From: the human T2T-CHM13v2.0 reference genome, Homo sapiens
Reading direction: 5' to 3' (one strand)
Assembly: GCF_009914755.1 (NCBI RefSeq)
Contig: NC_060931.1
DNA: 64,000 nucleotides
Shown one piece after another: positions 29,032 to 54,553 of the stretch. The translations under genes and the position numbers were made by a program. The notes beneath the pieces are model-generated. The model saw nothing but the letters and a program-made list of their open reading frames with translations. It was not told the DNA's origin and made no database searches. Position 1 is the stretch's first letter. The number at the start of each line of letters is the position of its first letter.

Positions 29032-32000
29032 AAGAAGTATTATTATTATCTAAACTTGGGTTGCACCATTTCAGGGAAAACAACTACATTTTAACAACAT
29101 AAGTTAAAAAGCCATTAACAAAAATAAATAAATAGAACTCTTTCCAATGCTAAGAGGAAAGACAAGGCTGAGAGAAAAGAAAGAAATTAAAAGGTATTAA
29201 ATCCTTACTACCAGCCAAAGTCATGCTAAGTGTATCACACATGAGGTCATTCAGCCCTTACTGTAACCCGAAAAGGTAGATATTATATTCTCCATTTTCT
29301 AATGGATGTAACAGAAGAATAGAGATGTTCAAACATGTGTCCAAGATCAAAGAGCTACTGAGTGTCAGAACTGGAATTCAAGCATAGGTCTCTCTGACAC
29401 CAAAACTGCCATTTTTCTCACCTCTTTGTCTAGCTGCCTCCACTCCAATCTGAAGCTTGGAATACAAGCTTTGGATTCTTCCAATCATCGTCCTGCTTCC
29501 GTGTTTTTAAATCCTGTCCTTTAGCAAGGTCAACCGTGGACAGTCCTCCCTCATCGGGAGCCAGGAGGGTAGGCTGGCTGGAGGGGTCCTGTTGACAAAT
29601 CTCATCCTTGTGATGGATTTTTTTTTTCTAGGCCTCAGGACACCTGGAAAGGCGAGGACATTTCTAAATGCCCTCTGTCCTTCAGACCACATCGGAGCGT
29701 CCTGTCAGGGTCTGTGAGCTGGGAAATAGGCCCTGAGCCGATAGATCTAGAGACGGCCACGTGCTCTTGCACAGCCTAGCCAGCTGTGCCCCTTGGGCTG
29801 TTAGTGAGAAAACTTACTTTTACATTTAATATTGGTTTTCTTCCCTTAAATCAAAAGAGTGCTGAGGGATAAACCGGCGAAGCATGGTGAGAGAGGGAAG
29901 AGTTAATGTGTGCAAGGTGAGCCCTCAGACAGAGAAAACTGGAAAACCATATATTTACTTTTGAGTTTTTTGACATTCAGGTCTATCTTCCATTCCCCCA
30001 CTGGACTCGTCTGGTTTTGCCTGTGTTTAGAAGTTCTTCTGTGGCCTGTCGCCTTCCTTGCAAATCTGTTGCAAAGTAATTACATCTTAGTATTGGGATC
30101 TGTGTTTCAAAAATGTCAAAACAAATTTCGATGATTAAATGCCAAAATTAAGCTTGGTACTTCTCTAAAATTGATATGAAGGACACATTTTAATTAGAAA
30201 TTATAAATCTGAGGCACTGTACCATCAAGCTACCTCCAAAACCCGAAAACTCCATAAAGCTCTAGCTCTGAGGAAAAAAAAGTTAAATTCAATCTAAAGA
30301 TGGCGATCTTGTGAAATAACCAGCCATATGTCATCTCCTTTTATTGGGGCTGAAATTTTGCCCTGAGGCATCTGAAGGAACTCAGCTAAGGCATCCCCGA
30401 TAAAGGTCATCTGTGAGGGAAACTTTGTGGGTTTTTTTTCCTCTTTAGATATCTATAAACGCTAATTAAATATGCATTATTGGTGTAATTTTGACCAAGG
30501 AGCTTTATGTTAGTATGAAAGCGACTATGTATTACTCTCCAGCACAGCTTACACAAGCATTATGCTAAATTATCAGATTTTTAGCTTCTGCATAGCTAAA
30601 GAAAAAGTCCAAGAAGTCATAATTCTTTATCAAAACTGACAGTTGGATTATGCACCTGGAGATTTATCTAGCAAAATCTGCCTTGCATTCTCAACATGAA
30701 AATCCTGTGGCTGCCAGTAGGTGATACATCTAATTTTAACACAAGAAAAGACATCTAACAAACATCAAAACAAAAGCTACCCTTCGAGCTCAATTTTCTT
30801 TTTCACACATTGGTCCACCCTACCCCCACTTGATGTCAGCAGGAAGTAATCTCGTCTGTGGAAAGGAAGCCAGCCTCCTAGCTGCACCGACAAATTGTAG
30901 GGAAATGAAAAGGCTTGATGATTGCTGAATTTTATCCCTCTTTATTTCCAAAAGAATAATGAAGAGCTGTCTTTTCTCCCACTTAACATCCTAATCACCC
31001 ACATCAGCAGTTTACACTGCAGCTACCCACACCTCTGAGTGGGGAGGAAAAAAAGAATGAGATGCGACCCCTCCCCCACCCTGCTACACCCATTGGAACC
31101 TGTCAGTACTGCATCTTTAATCAACCTCAAAATTGCAATCCTTCTCCACTCAATGCCCAGCCCCTGCTGGTTTAGGGCACTACATAGCTTGCAGTAAACT
31201 GCTATCCATTATTCCTCTATATTTAGAACTTCTCTAGAGAAATGGCGTTATCTCAGTCACTAAGCTGGAAACTGTTTAAAGTTAGCTTCGCACAGTGGCT
31301 TATTCACAGTCTCTTTCATGGACCCTTCATTCACCTTGCTTTAAAATGTTCAGACTGATGCACAACTACAAAAATCCAAAGTATGAAAATATCACCCTAT
31401 GGAAAATTGACTATGATTTGCATTTTGCTAATGTTGGGATAGGTCAAATGTTATTTCTCTCCGCTCCATAATGTTTCATTGGAGATAAATCCTACTCCCC
31501 TTCACCAGTGAAAAGCCACTCAATGACCTGAACAAGATCTGGTGATAGAAAACATATTTTCAATAACACTAAACTCATTTTTCTGCCAGAACAAATTAGT
31601 CAGTAGCTATCTCATATGTCACAGAGGTTTCAAAGAGGCACTTAGGAGGATGCTAAAAAAAAAATCCTTCTATGTAGATTATTAGAAATGTCATGTGCTA
31701 ATGTAAAAATGCTCCGGCAGTCCTTTCATTTTACTCTTCCTTATGAAAATACTGTTTCTCATTTGTGATTCCACTCCTAAAGAGATGTTTTTTGAAAATG
31801 GTTCCAAAGAGAAACGGAAGGAAGTGTTATCATTTAGCCCAGAAAAGGCAAGATGGCAGGGAGGTAATCAAATAAAGGAGAAAAAAGACACAATGAGCTC
31901 ATCACTCCTCCAAATTCCCATCTCCACTGAACACTGGTTAAGAAGAGGGGAGTGGGCTGTATTGGTAGGAAGGTTTCCTTAGAGTTGAGTATATTAAGAA

Positions 32001-33439
32001 GAGCATGAGTTCCGGAATGAATGAATGTCTACAATCAAGGACTATCTTCCTTCAGTGTTCTTTGCCATTTGAAGGAAAAGCAGTTTATAGCACACACATA
32101 TTTTCTTAGGACCTCAGTTTCCACCATCCTATAATAGAGCAAATAATTGCTACTTTTTATTGCTGTAGAGCAGATTAAATCAGATGATGTGACTAAAACA
32201 TGTAACATGATGTCTGATCCATAACCAAAGAAAACTAGAGGAATGTGTAAAGCTATGATGTGTGTGGGTAAGAGTGGGGATAGCTGAATCCTGAAAATTC
32301 AGGCAGAATGGCTCACTTTATTTTATTGTGTAGCCTAGTCTTTATGTGATAATATTGATACTTAAGTTTACCAGAGAGGAAAATATTTCCTTCAACATCC
32401 TCTACGAGATCTGTTTTCACATGTGTAGAGCTGACTGTATGCCTGAATAGGTGAATTATGCATTTCACCCAACTTTCTTTTATAATTTGAGTCATTAGAC
32501 ATGGCCGTAGAGTTAACAGTTTAATATAAAAGTGTTCCTGGAGATTTTGCTTGTTCTTTTTGGACTGTAATCAAATGTGAAAGAGATTAGTAGTAGCAGT
32601 ATTTGTGATTTCACCCTATTTTAAATATTTACAGATGCTTAACTCTTAGAGAGATACTTCTGACATTCCAACACATTTCAGCTCTGTATAAACATTCCTT
32701 TGGGGGCTTTCATTTTGTTCTGATAGTAAAAATTGCTAGAGGAATGTAACTGAAAACTGATTTCCAAATAAGATACCCTGCGGCAATCGAAATATCCTAT
32801 GTAGTTATTATCCACTGTAAAGTACACTTTCCCTCAGGGAATCTGCTATCAGAGAAAATTAAAACCTAGCCACCCATTTTAAAGCCCATTAAGTCATTAG
32901 GTGGCTCTTCAGTGTTTTCCTAATGGGCTACACAGCACAAGGAGCCCTCCCAGAGCCAGTGAGAAAGCATTGTGCAGACTCCTGCAAGCAGATTTCTTTA
33001 TCTGGGAGTCACAGAAGTTTAGACCTGAGATGGACCTTGAAAATTATTCAGCTTCTTCCACTTGCAGAAGAGGAAACTGAGCACAGAAGAGGTCACGTGG
33101 TTTTCCACTATCCACAGCTGGTTAGAAGCAGAATAAGGGTTGAAACCCAAATGCCTGCAGCATCCTGGCATCACAGAGCCTTCATGGTCTTAAAGGTGGG
33201 ATGAATTATTCTATACCAGAATAATGTTTTGGATGGCAGTATTGGAAAACTATCTGCCTTGAAAGTTGCTTCAGATGAATGAAAACCTATTATTTTTAAA
33301 AAGTAAAGCACTTCAAATGTGTTTTATCATGTAACATGTATGTGTTATCATTGTAGTTCTCCTATGTAGAGTGATGAAATGGGGTGGCTAATTCGAGAAA
33401 ACCTCTTCCCACACAAGTCTTATGCCTCCTCCTTCCCCG

Positions 33440-33740
33440 CTTCGTGCAGAGGACATTTTGCTCAAATGTCACCTTCTCAGTGAGATCTACCCTGACCCCC
33501 CTATTTAACCTACCTCACAGCACACATCCTGGGATTACTGATCCCTTTTACTCTGTCCTGTCTCTTCTTCAAAGCACCTATCACCTGCTGACTTACTATG
33601 TAATTCACTCATTCTTATGCTAGAAAATAAGCCATGAAAACAGGAAATTATTGTGATTTGTCTTAACTAGTGTAATGCAAGTGCCTAGAACAGTGCCTGA
33701 CATAAAATAATGCTTAAGTATTTGTGGAAGGACGTAATTA
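33440..33740 (+). mobile_element. L2 3' end
   Basis: ctcaaatgtcaccttctcagtgag ... gcctagaacagtgcctgacata motifs. Confidence 0.7.
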
Positions 33741-34169
33741 ATTGTCCCCAAATGGCATCCTTTGTGTGCCCATGGGTGCACGTCATTTTCTGGTTGGTGG
33801 TCATCTTCTGACTAGATGTGCCCTGTCCATCAGCACACAGTGTTGTGGAGAGCCAATCTTCATTATTATCTTGCCTCACTAAAAGTTAAACATTGTGTCC
33901 TTCTGGCTCTCTGATAAAGAAAGCTCACTTTCCTAAGATCAACATGGTTTCCTGGCCCTCATAATATTTCTACATGTTTAAATCTTACTCAGTTTGCTAC
34001 TTTCTAGAGTCAGTTGATCTAAAATATGTACTGGCCACCCACAGTGTGTGAAGTTGGTGCCAGATGTTCATGGTGACAGACATGAGCAGTACATTCTGGA
34101 ACCTATTAGACTAATGTTTCATAAAACTTATCTGATTCCCTGATGTTCTCCCATCAATTTTCCTGTTCC

Positions 34170-34680
34170 TGTATGTGGCTGACAACGTTACTGGCTTATC
34201 CATGTCATTCCCCTTCCTGTTTGGTATCTCCTTTTAGTTTGGGCAATAATGTACCCAGGAGTTGAGTCATGTTTGACCCTAGTCAGTCATGGCTACCCCT
34301 TTTCCCTTTGCCACTGAGTGGTCTACAAGTGGGTGTGTAATCCAGTCCTGGTCAGTGAAATATAATGAGAATTCTAATGGAGGGCTTGGGAAAGATTTTT
34401 CTCCCTGTCAGAAGGTAGGGGAAGTACCACAATCTTCAGCCCTAACCCCAGCACCTTGACTCCTAATTTGGGTGGTGTGTTGTGAAAACGTGATGATGCC
34501 TGGTGCTGTGGTAGCCATCTTGTGACCATGAGGAAAAACCACATATGCACTGAGGCAGAGAGGAAGGGCTAAAAGAGCCTGGGCTCTTAATGACGTTGAT
34601 CTAACAAACCCACCCTGAGACCAGTCTACCTCTTGACTTATTTATCACATTCAAATGATAATATCTATTAATCATTGACA
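34170..34680 (+). mobile_element. Old MLT1 LTR
   Basis: gatgcctggtgctgtggtagccatcttgtgaccatgagg motif. Confidence 0.65.
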
Positions 34681-35504
34681 CTAGGTTGATAGTCTTTTCT
34701 ATTTTTTGATTAACGTGAAAAGCTACAGATTAATTTTATAAATATCTGTCACCCCTGAGATAATATTAAGAACAAGTGTCATTTTCTTGAGTCTTTCCTC
34801 TGATTGAGTTTTTCCTGCTTTTTTAAACTTTAATTTCTCACCCTTCTTTTCAACTCTATAAACTTATTTTCTGTATAATACCTAGAAGCTACCTGACTTC
34901 TTACCAGATATTATCTTAAACCCCTTCGTTCTACCTTATCTATGATGAGCAAGATAGAGGAAGGTGCTCAAGGTTAGGGGAAAAACTGAAATGTTTTCAA
35001 CATTAGCCTTGACCAGGCTCATGTCTTAGCACATGAGGGTTTGTGCAGGGAAACTGAAGCAAAGGAAGGACAGCATGGTTACTCTTTTTCCAGTCCCCTT
35101 TGAACCCCGTTACCAAGTGAATCTTCCTAAAACACTCCCTATAGCACATCTTTCTCCTGGTCAGGAAAACCTAAGGATTTCACTGAGCCTGCCAGATAAG
35201 ATTTCAACAGTTTTCTTAGCATGCAGCAACTTTCACAATCTACACCCAACTTCCCTTTCCAGCTGGACCCCCTCTACTTATCTCGAACCCCACATTTTTG
35301 CCAGTTGGGTCTGTCTATTCACTTTAACTTTTCATACCCATTCATGCTCCTGGTCCTGGTTATTGTGGTCCCGGACCTGGAATGATCCCTAACCAAATTC
35401 CATGTATTCTCTAAGCCTCTGCTATTCAGTAGGTAACCACGATGGGTAGACTGGCCTTTTCACTGAATTTTTAATTTAAATCCATTTGAATTTAAAAATA
35501 GATA

Positions 35505-36968
<1,464 letters not shown>

Positions 36969-37359
36969 ATACTCAATTCTATTATGGGAAAATTTTTAAG
37001 CATGTTTGATATATGAATCTGTTTCTCCATTGTAAATGTTATTAAATCTAAGACGTGCTACAAGTGTAAAGTATATACTGGATTTTGAAGACTTAGTATG
37101 AAAAACATTGTAAAATACTTCGCTTATAGTTTTTATATTGATTAAAATACTCTATATTGAATTAAGTAAAATATATTATTAAAATTATTTTCAACCTTAA
37201 AAATGTTTAAAAATGTGTCTTTTAGATAATTTAAAATTACATATGTGATTCATATTATATTTCTATTTCCTGCTCTAAGCAAAGAATATGGTACCCTGAA
37301 AATTGACACATATGTTAATGGGCATATGCATATGAGCAATTATTACCTAAGAGACAATA

Positions 37360-42380
<5,021 letters not shown>

Positions 42381-43636
42381 ATCTCTAAAGGTAAGAACTC
42401 TTTGCAATTTGGAGGTCCAGTGTTATGTGAGGGTCTCTGTTCCAATCCCCCAACCTGTATAGGCTGAAAGCTTTCCCTCTTCCCCCTCAAACCTCAGCTG
42501 TAGGCTTCCAGGGAGAGTTTGTGTCTCAGCTAATCAGATGGCTAAACACACTTAAAAACTATTTTTCCATTATATTATGCTAAAAGCACTAGAAGTAATT
42601 TAGTTTAGCATGTATTCATGTTGTTTAGACATGTACTACTAAGTATGTATTATGTGTGCATGATTTTTACATATGCGTGTTTACCACTATCCATTTAATC
42701 TATAAGCTTCTAAGAGGTATGAACTATTTCTATTCGCCATGTTTTAAGTAATACCCAGCCCAATGTGATTCAAAAGTAAATGTATAATAAATTCTATTTG
42801 ATGAAAATGGAAGTCCTGGTTATTAGAATATCATGAGGAAAATGGACTCAAATTGTGGTTTGATTTTCATAGGCAATTCTAATGGATATATAAGAAATTT
42901 ATCTCCCATAGAATAAAACATGGAATTTTCCCCATTTTATTCATTTCAGTTTTCTTTCTTTCATACCTATTCTAGGTGGTCTATGCATTGTATATTCAGT
43001 ACTGTTTTTGAAAGGCATGTTACTCAAAATACATGGTTGTACTACGAATAAATGCACTATGCTGATATTACCATTGTAGAAGATTCTGGGAAGAACATTC
43101 TATTATTCAATCCCTTAAAATATATCATCCTATTGAGTTGCTTCTTCTAAGGCATTCATGTACAGTGTGCTCTTTTAGAGTTTAACAATTCCATTTTCAT
43201 ACCCCTCTAAACACACCATTTTAATTATTTTTAAAAACTTACCATTAGTGATTTGTCCTATTTTGTTTTTATATAAATGTTTATATACAATAATGTTATG
43301 TTAAAAATAAATACAACTGTTTTGTTATTGTTATATTATCTTTCACTTAAACAAGAGGAAAGGGAGATTAAGTAGCTGACGGTGTACTGAAGAGTAACTG
43401 AAAAGACCAAAACAGGACCATTGGCTTTTTCTACCTATTCTTCTTTGGCTTCTGCCTTTTCATGTCCTATGTATGGCTGCCATCATGTGCTGCTCTGTCT
43501 TTTCTTCTCAGGGCCTGCTTGACACATTTGATCCAGAAAAGCTTCTTCCTCCTTTCTGACCACTGTTTGCTCAGTCAGAGCTGGTGTGCCTATAGACCTT
43601 CACATCCTTATTCCATGGCTACCTGGCAGGGATAAG

Positions 43637-43857
43637 ATGTATATATATATATACACACATATATATAAGTATATATACGTGTGTGTGTGTGTGTGTGTAT
43701 ATATATATGTATATACAGGTTGCTGCTCTGTTGCTCAGGCTGGGGTGCAGTGGCGCCATCATAGCTCATTGCAGCCTTGAACCCCTGGGCTCAAGTGATC
43801 CTCCTGCCTCTGCCTCCTAAAGCACTGGAGTTACAGGTGTGAGTACCATGCCCAGCT
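43637..43857 (-). repeat. Compound (TA)n/(TG)n microsatellite as the tail of an antisense Alu monomer
   Basis: Directly visible. Confidence 0.85.
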
Positions 43858-44498
43858 GTGGTGTCCTTTTGATCCTTGTATTTGGCCTTCTTGACTAATC
43901 CAGTGCTCCCAGACTTCTAGCAGAAGCCCATTCTCTGGAGGTAAACTGACAGGAATCCTATGGGGTGGAGGGGGATTCCCTGAGCTCTTAAACATGGTCC
44001 TAAGGTGCTTCCTTGGCTACTTTATGTTTAACAATAGATTGCTGGTGATACTGATGAAACTCTTCTTTTGTTTTAATATCTGACAAATTTCTTGCTAATC
44101 TTAATTACTAGAGCAACTCTAGGGAACAGTGAATCTTCAAACACAAGATTTTAATATGCTTTCCTTCATGTCAGTGTTCCTTTTATGCATACCTCTAGTA
44201 AAACATTGTTCCATTTGATGCCAAAGATTTGCCCTTTCTTTAATTAATTTTGAATACTGCACATGTTAGATTTTCCCCCATTATTCATATTTTCTCCAAT
44301 TGTTCATCTGGGGACGAATTTAAGTAATTTGTACATGTCCTTAGTTTAAAATGGGTTTTGTACATTCACTGAATATTTTGAAGAAAAATCAACCATTACA
44401 TGACAAATGTATGTCTTCTAGAATTTTTATTTCTAAACTTCATGGAACACTTCTGTGTGACTTTCTGTAATATCTAATCTCAGGCAAAAATGACTTAC

Positions 44499-44857
44499 TG
44501 TATTAGTCTGTTTTCACACTGCTGATAAAGACGTACTCGCGACTGGGCAATTTACAAAAGAAAGAGGTTTAATTGGACTTATAGTTCCATATGGCTGGTG
44601 GGGGGGCCTCACAATCATGGCGGAAGGCGAGGAGGAGCAAGTCACATCTTATGTGGATGGCTGCAGGTAAAGAGAGAGCTTGTGCAGGAAAACTTCCCCT
44701 TATAGCAACTATCAGATCTCGTGAGACTTACTCACTATCACAAGAAAAACATGGGAAAGACCTGCCCCCATGCTTCAATTACCTCCCACGGGGTCCCTCC
44801 CACAACATGTCGGAATTCAAGATGAGATTAGTGTGGGGACACAGCCAAACCATATCA
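44499..44857 (-). mobile_element. THE1B solo LTR
   Basis: tgtattagtc...aaaccatatca, TSD CTTAC. Confidence 0.9.
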
Positions 44858-46676
44858 CTTACACTTCTCTATGACTCAGCTGATTTATTAAAAAACGACT
44901 TTATGAGATGTGTCAATTGAGATGGAAGGTGCTGGACATAATGAACTGCCGGTTTCCCCCCAGTTCTGACTCTTGCCTGCAGAGCCCTAACATTGCTTAC
45001 ATACGCACTGCTCTTTCACATGAAGGAACAGCGCAGACATCACCTAATACGCGTCCTACTGTATTCTTTCTGCCACATTCCCAGAAACCCCAAAGCTCTT
45101 TGGAACACCCAGGGGATTTCACAGGTCTATAAAGAAGAACAACCTGTAAACTGGGCTTGGTGATTCTGTGGGGATACAAACCAACATAATACATATGTAA
45201 TGGAATAAACAACGGCATTAGCCAGTTCAGAGTCTTCAAGCTGAACTTGTTAGAAGGAGCGCCACACCTCAAGTAAACTAATAGGGTGGGGATCCCAGAC
45301 GGAGAGGATTCTACCCAGAATCCTCCTCAATTCAGCCCCGAGCTTTCTTTGAAGGGCTTTCTTTGTACAGAGTTTAAGGTCAGAGACTTTTAACGTGGAC
45401 CGGAAAGACAAACTCTAATACCTTAAGGGGCACTATTAAATCAAATTCCACAAACTAAATACTTGTCCGGAGATGAACAATTCAGAGTATAGCAGTTGTT
45501 GCAGGCTAAATCCAAGCATATGACATAATTTAGAAATCTACCAGTGTGTCTCCAGAGAATGCATTTTCATTTTTCCATAATATAATACATGCCTATCAAA
45601 TCCATCTAACATTATTGAATCCATCACTTTTTAAGAAATGAAGTTGTTGTAGCTGAAGCTTTCAAGCATGCCGTCACATATAGTTCTTACAAATGGACTT
45701 ACGAACTGATTTGGAGGGAAGCCCCCAATTCCCATATGTTTGACTTTAAAGAACAATCCAGCTGTATCTGAAGTAATTGTCCTCCTCAACAGAGTGCACA
45801 ATGCAGGGTGCAGTGGGTGGTACACAGGAGAAAAAACTCATGGAATGGTGGAGACAGCCCCCTAGTCAGCCAGATGGGCCAAATCAGATGTAGGGTCAGC
45901 AGTATCACGTTTATACGCTTGGATTACATTGCCACCTAGAAGGAACCCAGGGAGTACCTAGGTTTCCATATATGGGGGGATTCCTGCAATGATTCAGTCC
46001 TTTAATGGGGCATCTTACTGTAAATCATTAAAACAGCACCACCTACTCTCCAGCATCCGGCCCACTGAGTTCTTGAAAGCATGGTTGCTGTGGGCATCAC
46101 AGCTGATTTCTGTTAGTTGACTGGTCTCATCCAGTTGATCAACATTCTGCTTCAGGAACATTGTGACTTCTACACCTAGGCTCACCCTTGGTTATGATAG
46201 CATCAGTGTCTAAAGTTTTCTTAATATGCTGTAACAATAATCTCTGTCTCATCTATCATCATATTGCCACCCATTTATCATCCAAAAAAAATTATTAAAA
46301 ATAACCAAGCCTTCAGATTCAGGAAAACCATTGGAATCAATTTGATTTCCCTTGCAGTTGGGAAATGAATTTTAAATTATTCATGTTAACACCCTCCAGA
46401 TAAATTGAATTTTTAGAATATTTAAGAAAAGCTTAGTAAAGTCCATCTTTGACATTAACAGATTCCTTTTTTTAAATATTAATTTCATATTAACCATTGC
46501 TTTTTGACATACAGTCATCTGACCAACGATTTCAAGAATCATTAATGTTAATTGGGAAAGAAGTAAAACCTTAACATTTTAATATTATAAAACTTTTTTT
46601 TTCAACTTCTGTTTCCAGCTGTATGACTCACTAGATATCTGGAGAAGCTTTTCTGCCACTTAAAAATGCTGGATAA

Positions 46677-46963
<287 letters not shown>

Positions 46964-47219
46964 GCTGGATGAGATAGTTTTTAAAAAAACATTTTTAAAA
47001 ATGCACACCTAAGCTTATAGGAAAGTCAAGGAAATCTTCTAAGGCCAGAAAGCTAAGCAGGAACCCAGAGGAAAAAAAGCCCTGTAGCTGGCATTGCCCT
47101 GAATGCATCTGCCAGGTGCTGGTAGCCTCGAGTGGGGGCCTAACTTTCTGCAGCCATATAATTTATCCTCCAGCCCACAGTGATTATGAAGTGAAAGGTG
47201 GTGCTATTAATAATACATG

Positions 47220-50900
<3,681 letters not shown>

Positions 50901-51017
50901 ATATTTTTAGTTTAGTGAACATTGTCTTCTAGCACAGAGACACTAAAAAATTTACTCACTGGGAAACTTATTCCTTTCTAATCTTCAGATTGCTTAAAGT
51001 AATTTATACCTATATAG

Positions 51018-51620
<603 letters not shown>

Positions 51621-51629
51621 TCACTTTAT

Positions 51630-52545
51630 AACCAAAATCTTTTTTTCCAACCCAGACCTCTCTCCAAACCTTGCTACTTGACATCTCCTTAGACATTTCA
51701 TAGGTGCCTCAAACTTCACATGTCCGAAACACAACCCTCGGTTCCATCCCCACACAAAGTTCCCCCTCCCCAAGCCCTCACCATCACAGCAAGTGGCACC
51801 ACCAGCCATTTAACTGCTCAGCTAAAAACCTAGGAGTCACCTTGATGATTGTTTATCTCATGCCTCACATTCCATCATCAGCAAGTGTTGTCAGATTCTA
51901 CCCTAAGTCTGATGGTGTCTTGCCATCTCCACTGCTACTATCCTCTGTCCACACCATCAGCCTTTCTTTGAAACCACTGGAATAGTCACATAGCCACCGT
52001 GCACCCTGCTCTTCTTACTATCCTTTTCCATAGCTGCCAAAGTGATCTTTTCAGTATGAATCAGAACATGTTATCCCCTTCCTAAAAGCTTCTGTGGCTT
52101 CCCATTGTGTCTAGAAATAAACAGAAAGTCTCCACTATGACCCACGTGGCTGCTAGGATCTGACATCTACTCAGCCTCTGACCTGGTCTTCCTCTGCGTG
52201 CGGTTTCATTCCTTTGACGCCAGCTCCACTGGCCGCCTTTCCTGTTCCTCTAACATGCCCAGCTCGTGTCTGACTCAGCCCTTTAAATCTGCTGTTCCCT
52301 CCTCCAGACCTGCAAGATCAAGTCTCTGCTGAAATGTCACATCCTCCGAGAGACTTTGCCTGACATGCTGTTTTATGTTCATCTGAACACATTTTTCAGC
52401 ATTTGAAGTTATCTTTTTAAAAAAAGCAGTTCATTGTCTGTGCCTCTTAAGGGCAGGGACTTTGTTTATTGTTATATTCTCAGGGTCTATACCTATGCCT
52501 GGATCATAGTAGGGGCTCAGTTATTGTTTGTTGAATGACTGTTTG
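51630..52545 (+). mobile_element. L2a 3' region
   Basis: ctcaaacttcacatgtccgaaac ... tgttgaatga motifs. Confidence 0.8.
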
Positions 52546-52596
52546 GCATTAATTAATTAATTTCACAACTTGGAGTGGAATTAGCCATCTGCATTC

Positions 52597-54553
52597 ATAT
52601 GAAAAATGACTTAAATCCCTATGATATATCAAATTAAGGCAAATAATCAGCCAATAAAAATGGGTTTGCCACAAATTTGACCAATCAAAGGTTAACTACT
52701 ATGTAAAGAGTTATTACAAACTAATAAAAAGAACACTAACACACCATTTAAGGGACATTATAGTCCAGGCAGGACCCCACCTACCAGAGCTAACCAGCAT
52801 TTGCACCTCCTCAGTTATGGTTTTGAGGTCTCCTGCCTCCTTAGGATTATAGGGGACCCAGCATCTCTCTTGGTGTCAGAAAACAGGAGGTGATCCTCCA
52901 ATATCATGCTGACACACTTACAGTCCTCATGGACCCTTTGAAAACAGCCCCTCCATTTTCTTTTTGCCAAGCTTGGGCATAAGGCTTATTTGTGTTAGGC
53001 CATGCTGCCATCTTGGGAGAACCCTTCAGAAGGCTCCATCCCCTCACACAGCACTGCATGAGAGTGGGCATGGGATGCCATCCTTAAGAACCACCCCATC
53101 CCACTCCAAGTCATGAGGAAGAGTGCTCCCTTCACTCTTTGCTAGATCAGTTCTGCCTTCCTTCCCACACAGTGTCAGCCTTCTTCAGTCAGCCTTGTTG
53201 AAGAAAAGACTCCAGAATGCTCTGCACAGAAACTCAGGCTGAAGTTTTGCAGTCTGAGAATTTTTTGACCACTCTCAGATGCTAGAAAATCCAGGAACCC
53301 AGACTCAACACAAATTCTTCAGGAGTGAGAAGGAAAGATTCTGATACTTGTCCTAAGTCTTCTTCATAAGCAAGAACAAGGCAGATGTTAGTAACACAAA
53401 TGATTATTTTGCTATATATCCTTTGCCAAATAGAATTACTCTGATATATGTAAATAAATATTCTCCTTTTTCTAAGTAGAGATACCATCAATAATTACCA
53501 GGTTTTTTATTTCTCAAATTACAAAATACTTAATAGCTATTCTATTTTATATCAATGCAAAACACGGGTAAGAACTGGACATTTGTGGAGGGGCTATATA
53601 GCATTTATGAGGTTCATTTGTTTTCTTATGCTTTGCAAAACTGAGTTAGTGCATGTGAGGATTTATTTATTATTGCAAGCAAATCAACTTAAGTATTACA
53701 AACAAAAAATCTGGTCACTGTTATTTTGAAAGCATTAAGATAACTTACATTGCTAAGCATTCTATTGATCTTTTGCTATTTGTCTTGTATTTTCAAATGA
53801 TTATATTTCCCTGCAGACAGTGGAAATATCAATGAGAAATAAGATGTCCTTTCATCAATGATGTAGGTTATTTCATTTCCAAATATTCACATATTATGCT
53901 TACATGTGTTTCATTCTTAATATTCCGAAGTCAATCTGTTCCCCAATAGTTTTTTTATTAGAAAGGAAAATATTTCACATCAAACATTTTAATAATATTG
54001 TGAATCAAATTTAGAATATTTTTAAAATGTGATAACGTACCAATAGTGACATCTAGGCCGGGTGTGGTGGCTCACGCCTGTAATCCCAGCACTTTGGGAA
54101 GCTGAGGCGGGCAGATCACAAGGTCAGGACAGATTGAGACCGTCCTGACTAACACGGTGAAACCCTATCTCTACTAAAAATACAAAAAATTAGCCAGGCG
54201 TGGTGGCACATGCCTGTAGTCCCAGCTACTCAGGAGGCTGAGGCAGGAGAATCACTTGAACCTAGGAGGCGGAGGTTGCAGTGAGCCGAGATCGCGCCAC
54301 TGCACTGGGCGACAGAGCGACAGAGCGACAGAGCAACAGAGCAAGACTCCATCTCAAAAAAAAAAAAGTCATCTAAATTGATATAAAAATGACTTAAATC
54401 TGTATAAATCAAATTAAGGCAAATGATGAGCCAATAAAAATACCTTTGGCACAAATTTGACCAATTAAAAGTTATTATAATTACTATGTAAAGAGTTATT
54501 ACAAACTAATAAGAAGAACACTAACACACTAATTAAGGGGCACTAGAGTCCAG
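52597..54553 (+). repeat. Direct repeat pair of ~170 bp (52597-52767 and 54381-54553)
   Basis: Shared blocks aaaaatgacttaaatc, tcaaattaaggcaaat, cacaaatttgaccaat, tactatgtaaagagttattacaaactaataa, agaacactaacacac, agtccag. Confidence 0.85.
54056..54367 (+). mobile_element. Alu (Sc-like) with an internal (GACAGAGC)x4 expansion
   Basis: Full dimer. 54310-54341 is the repeated 8-mer. Confidence 0.85.

Noticed and set aside
44870-46250. Unique stretch examined as a possible processed pseudogene
   Set aside because: No recognisable protein similarity, poly-A tail or TSD.
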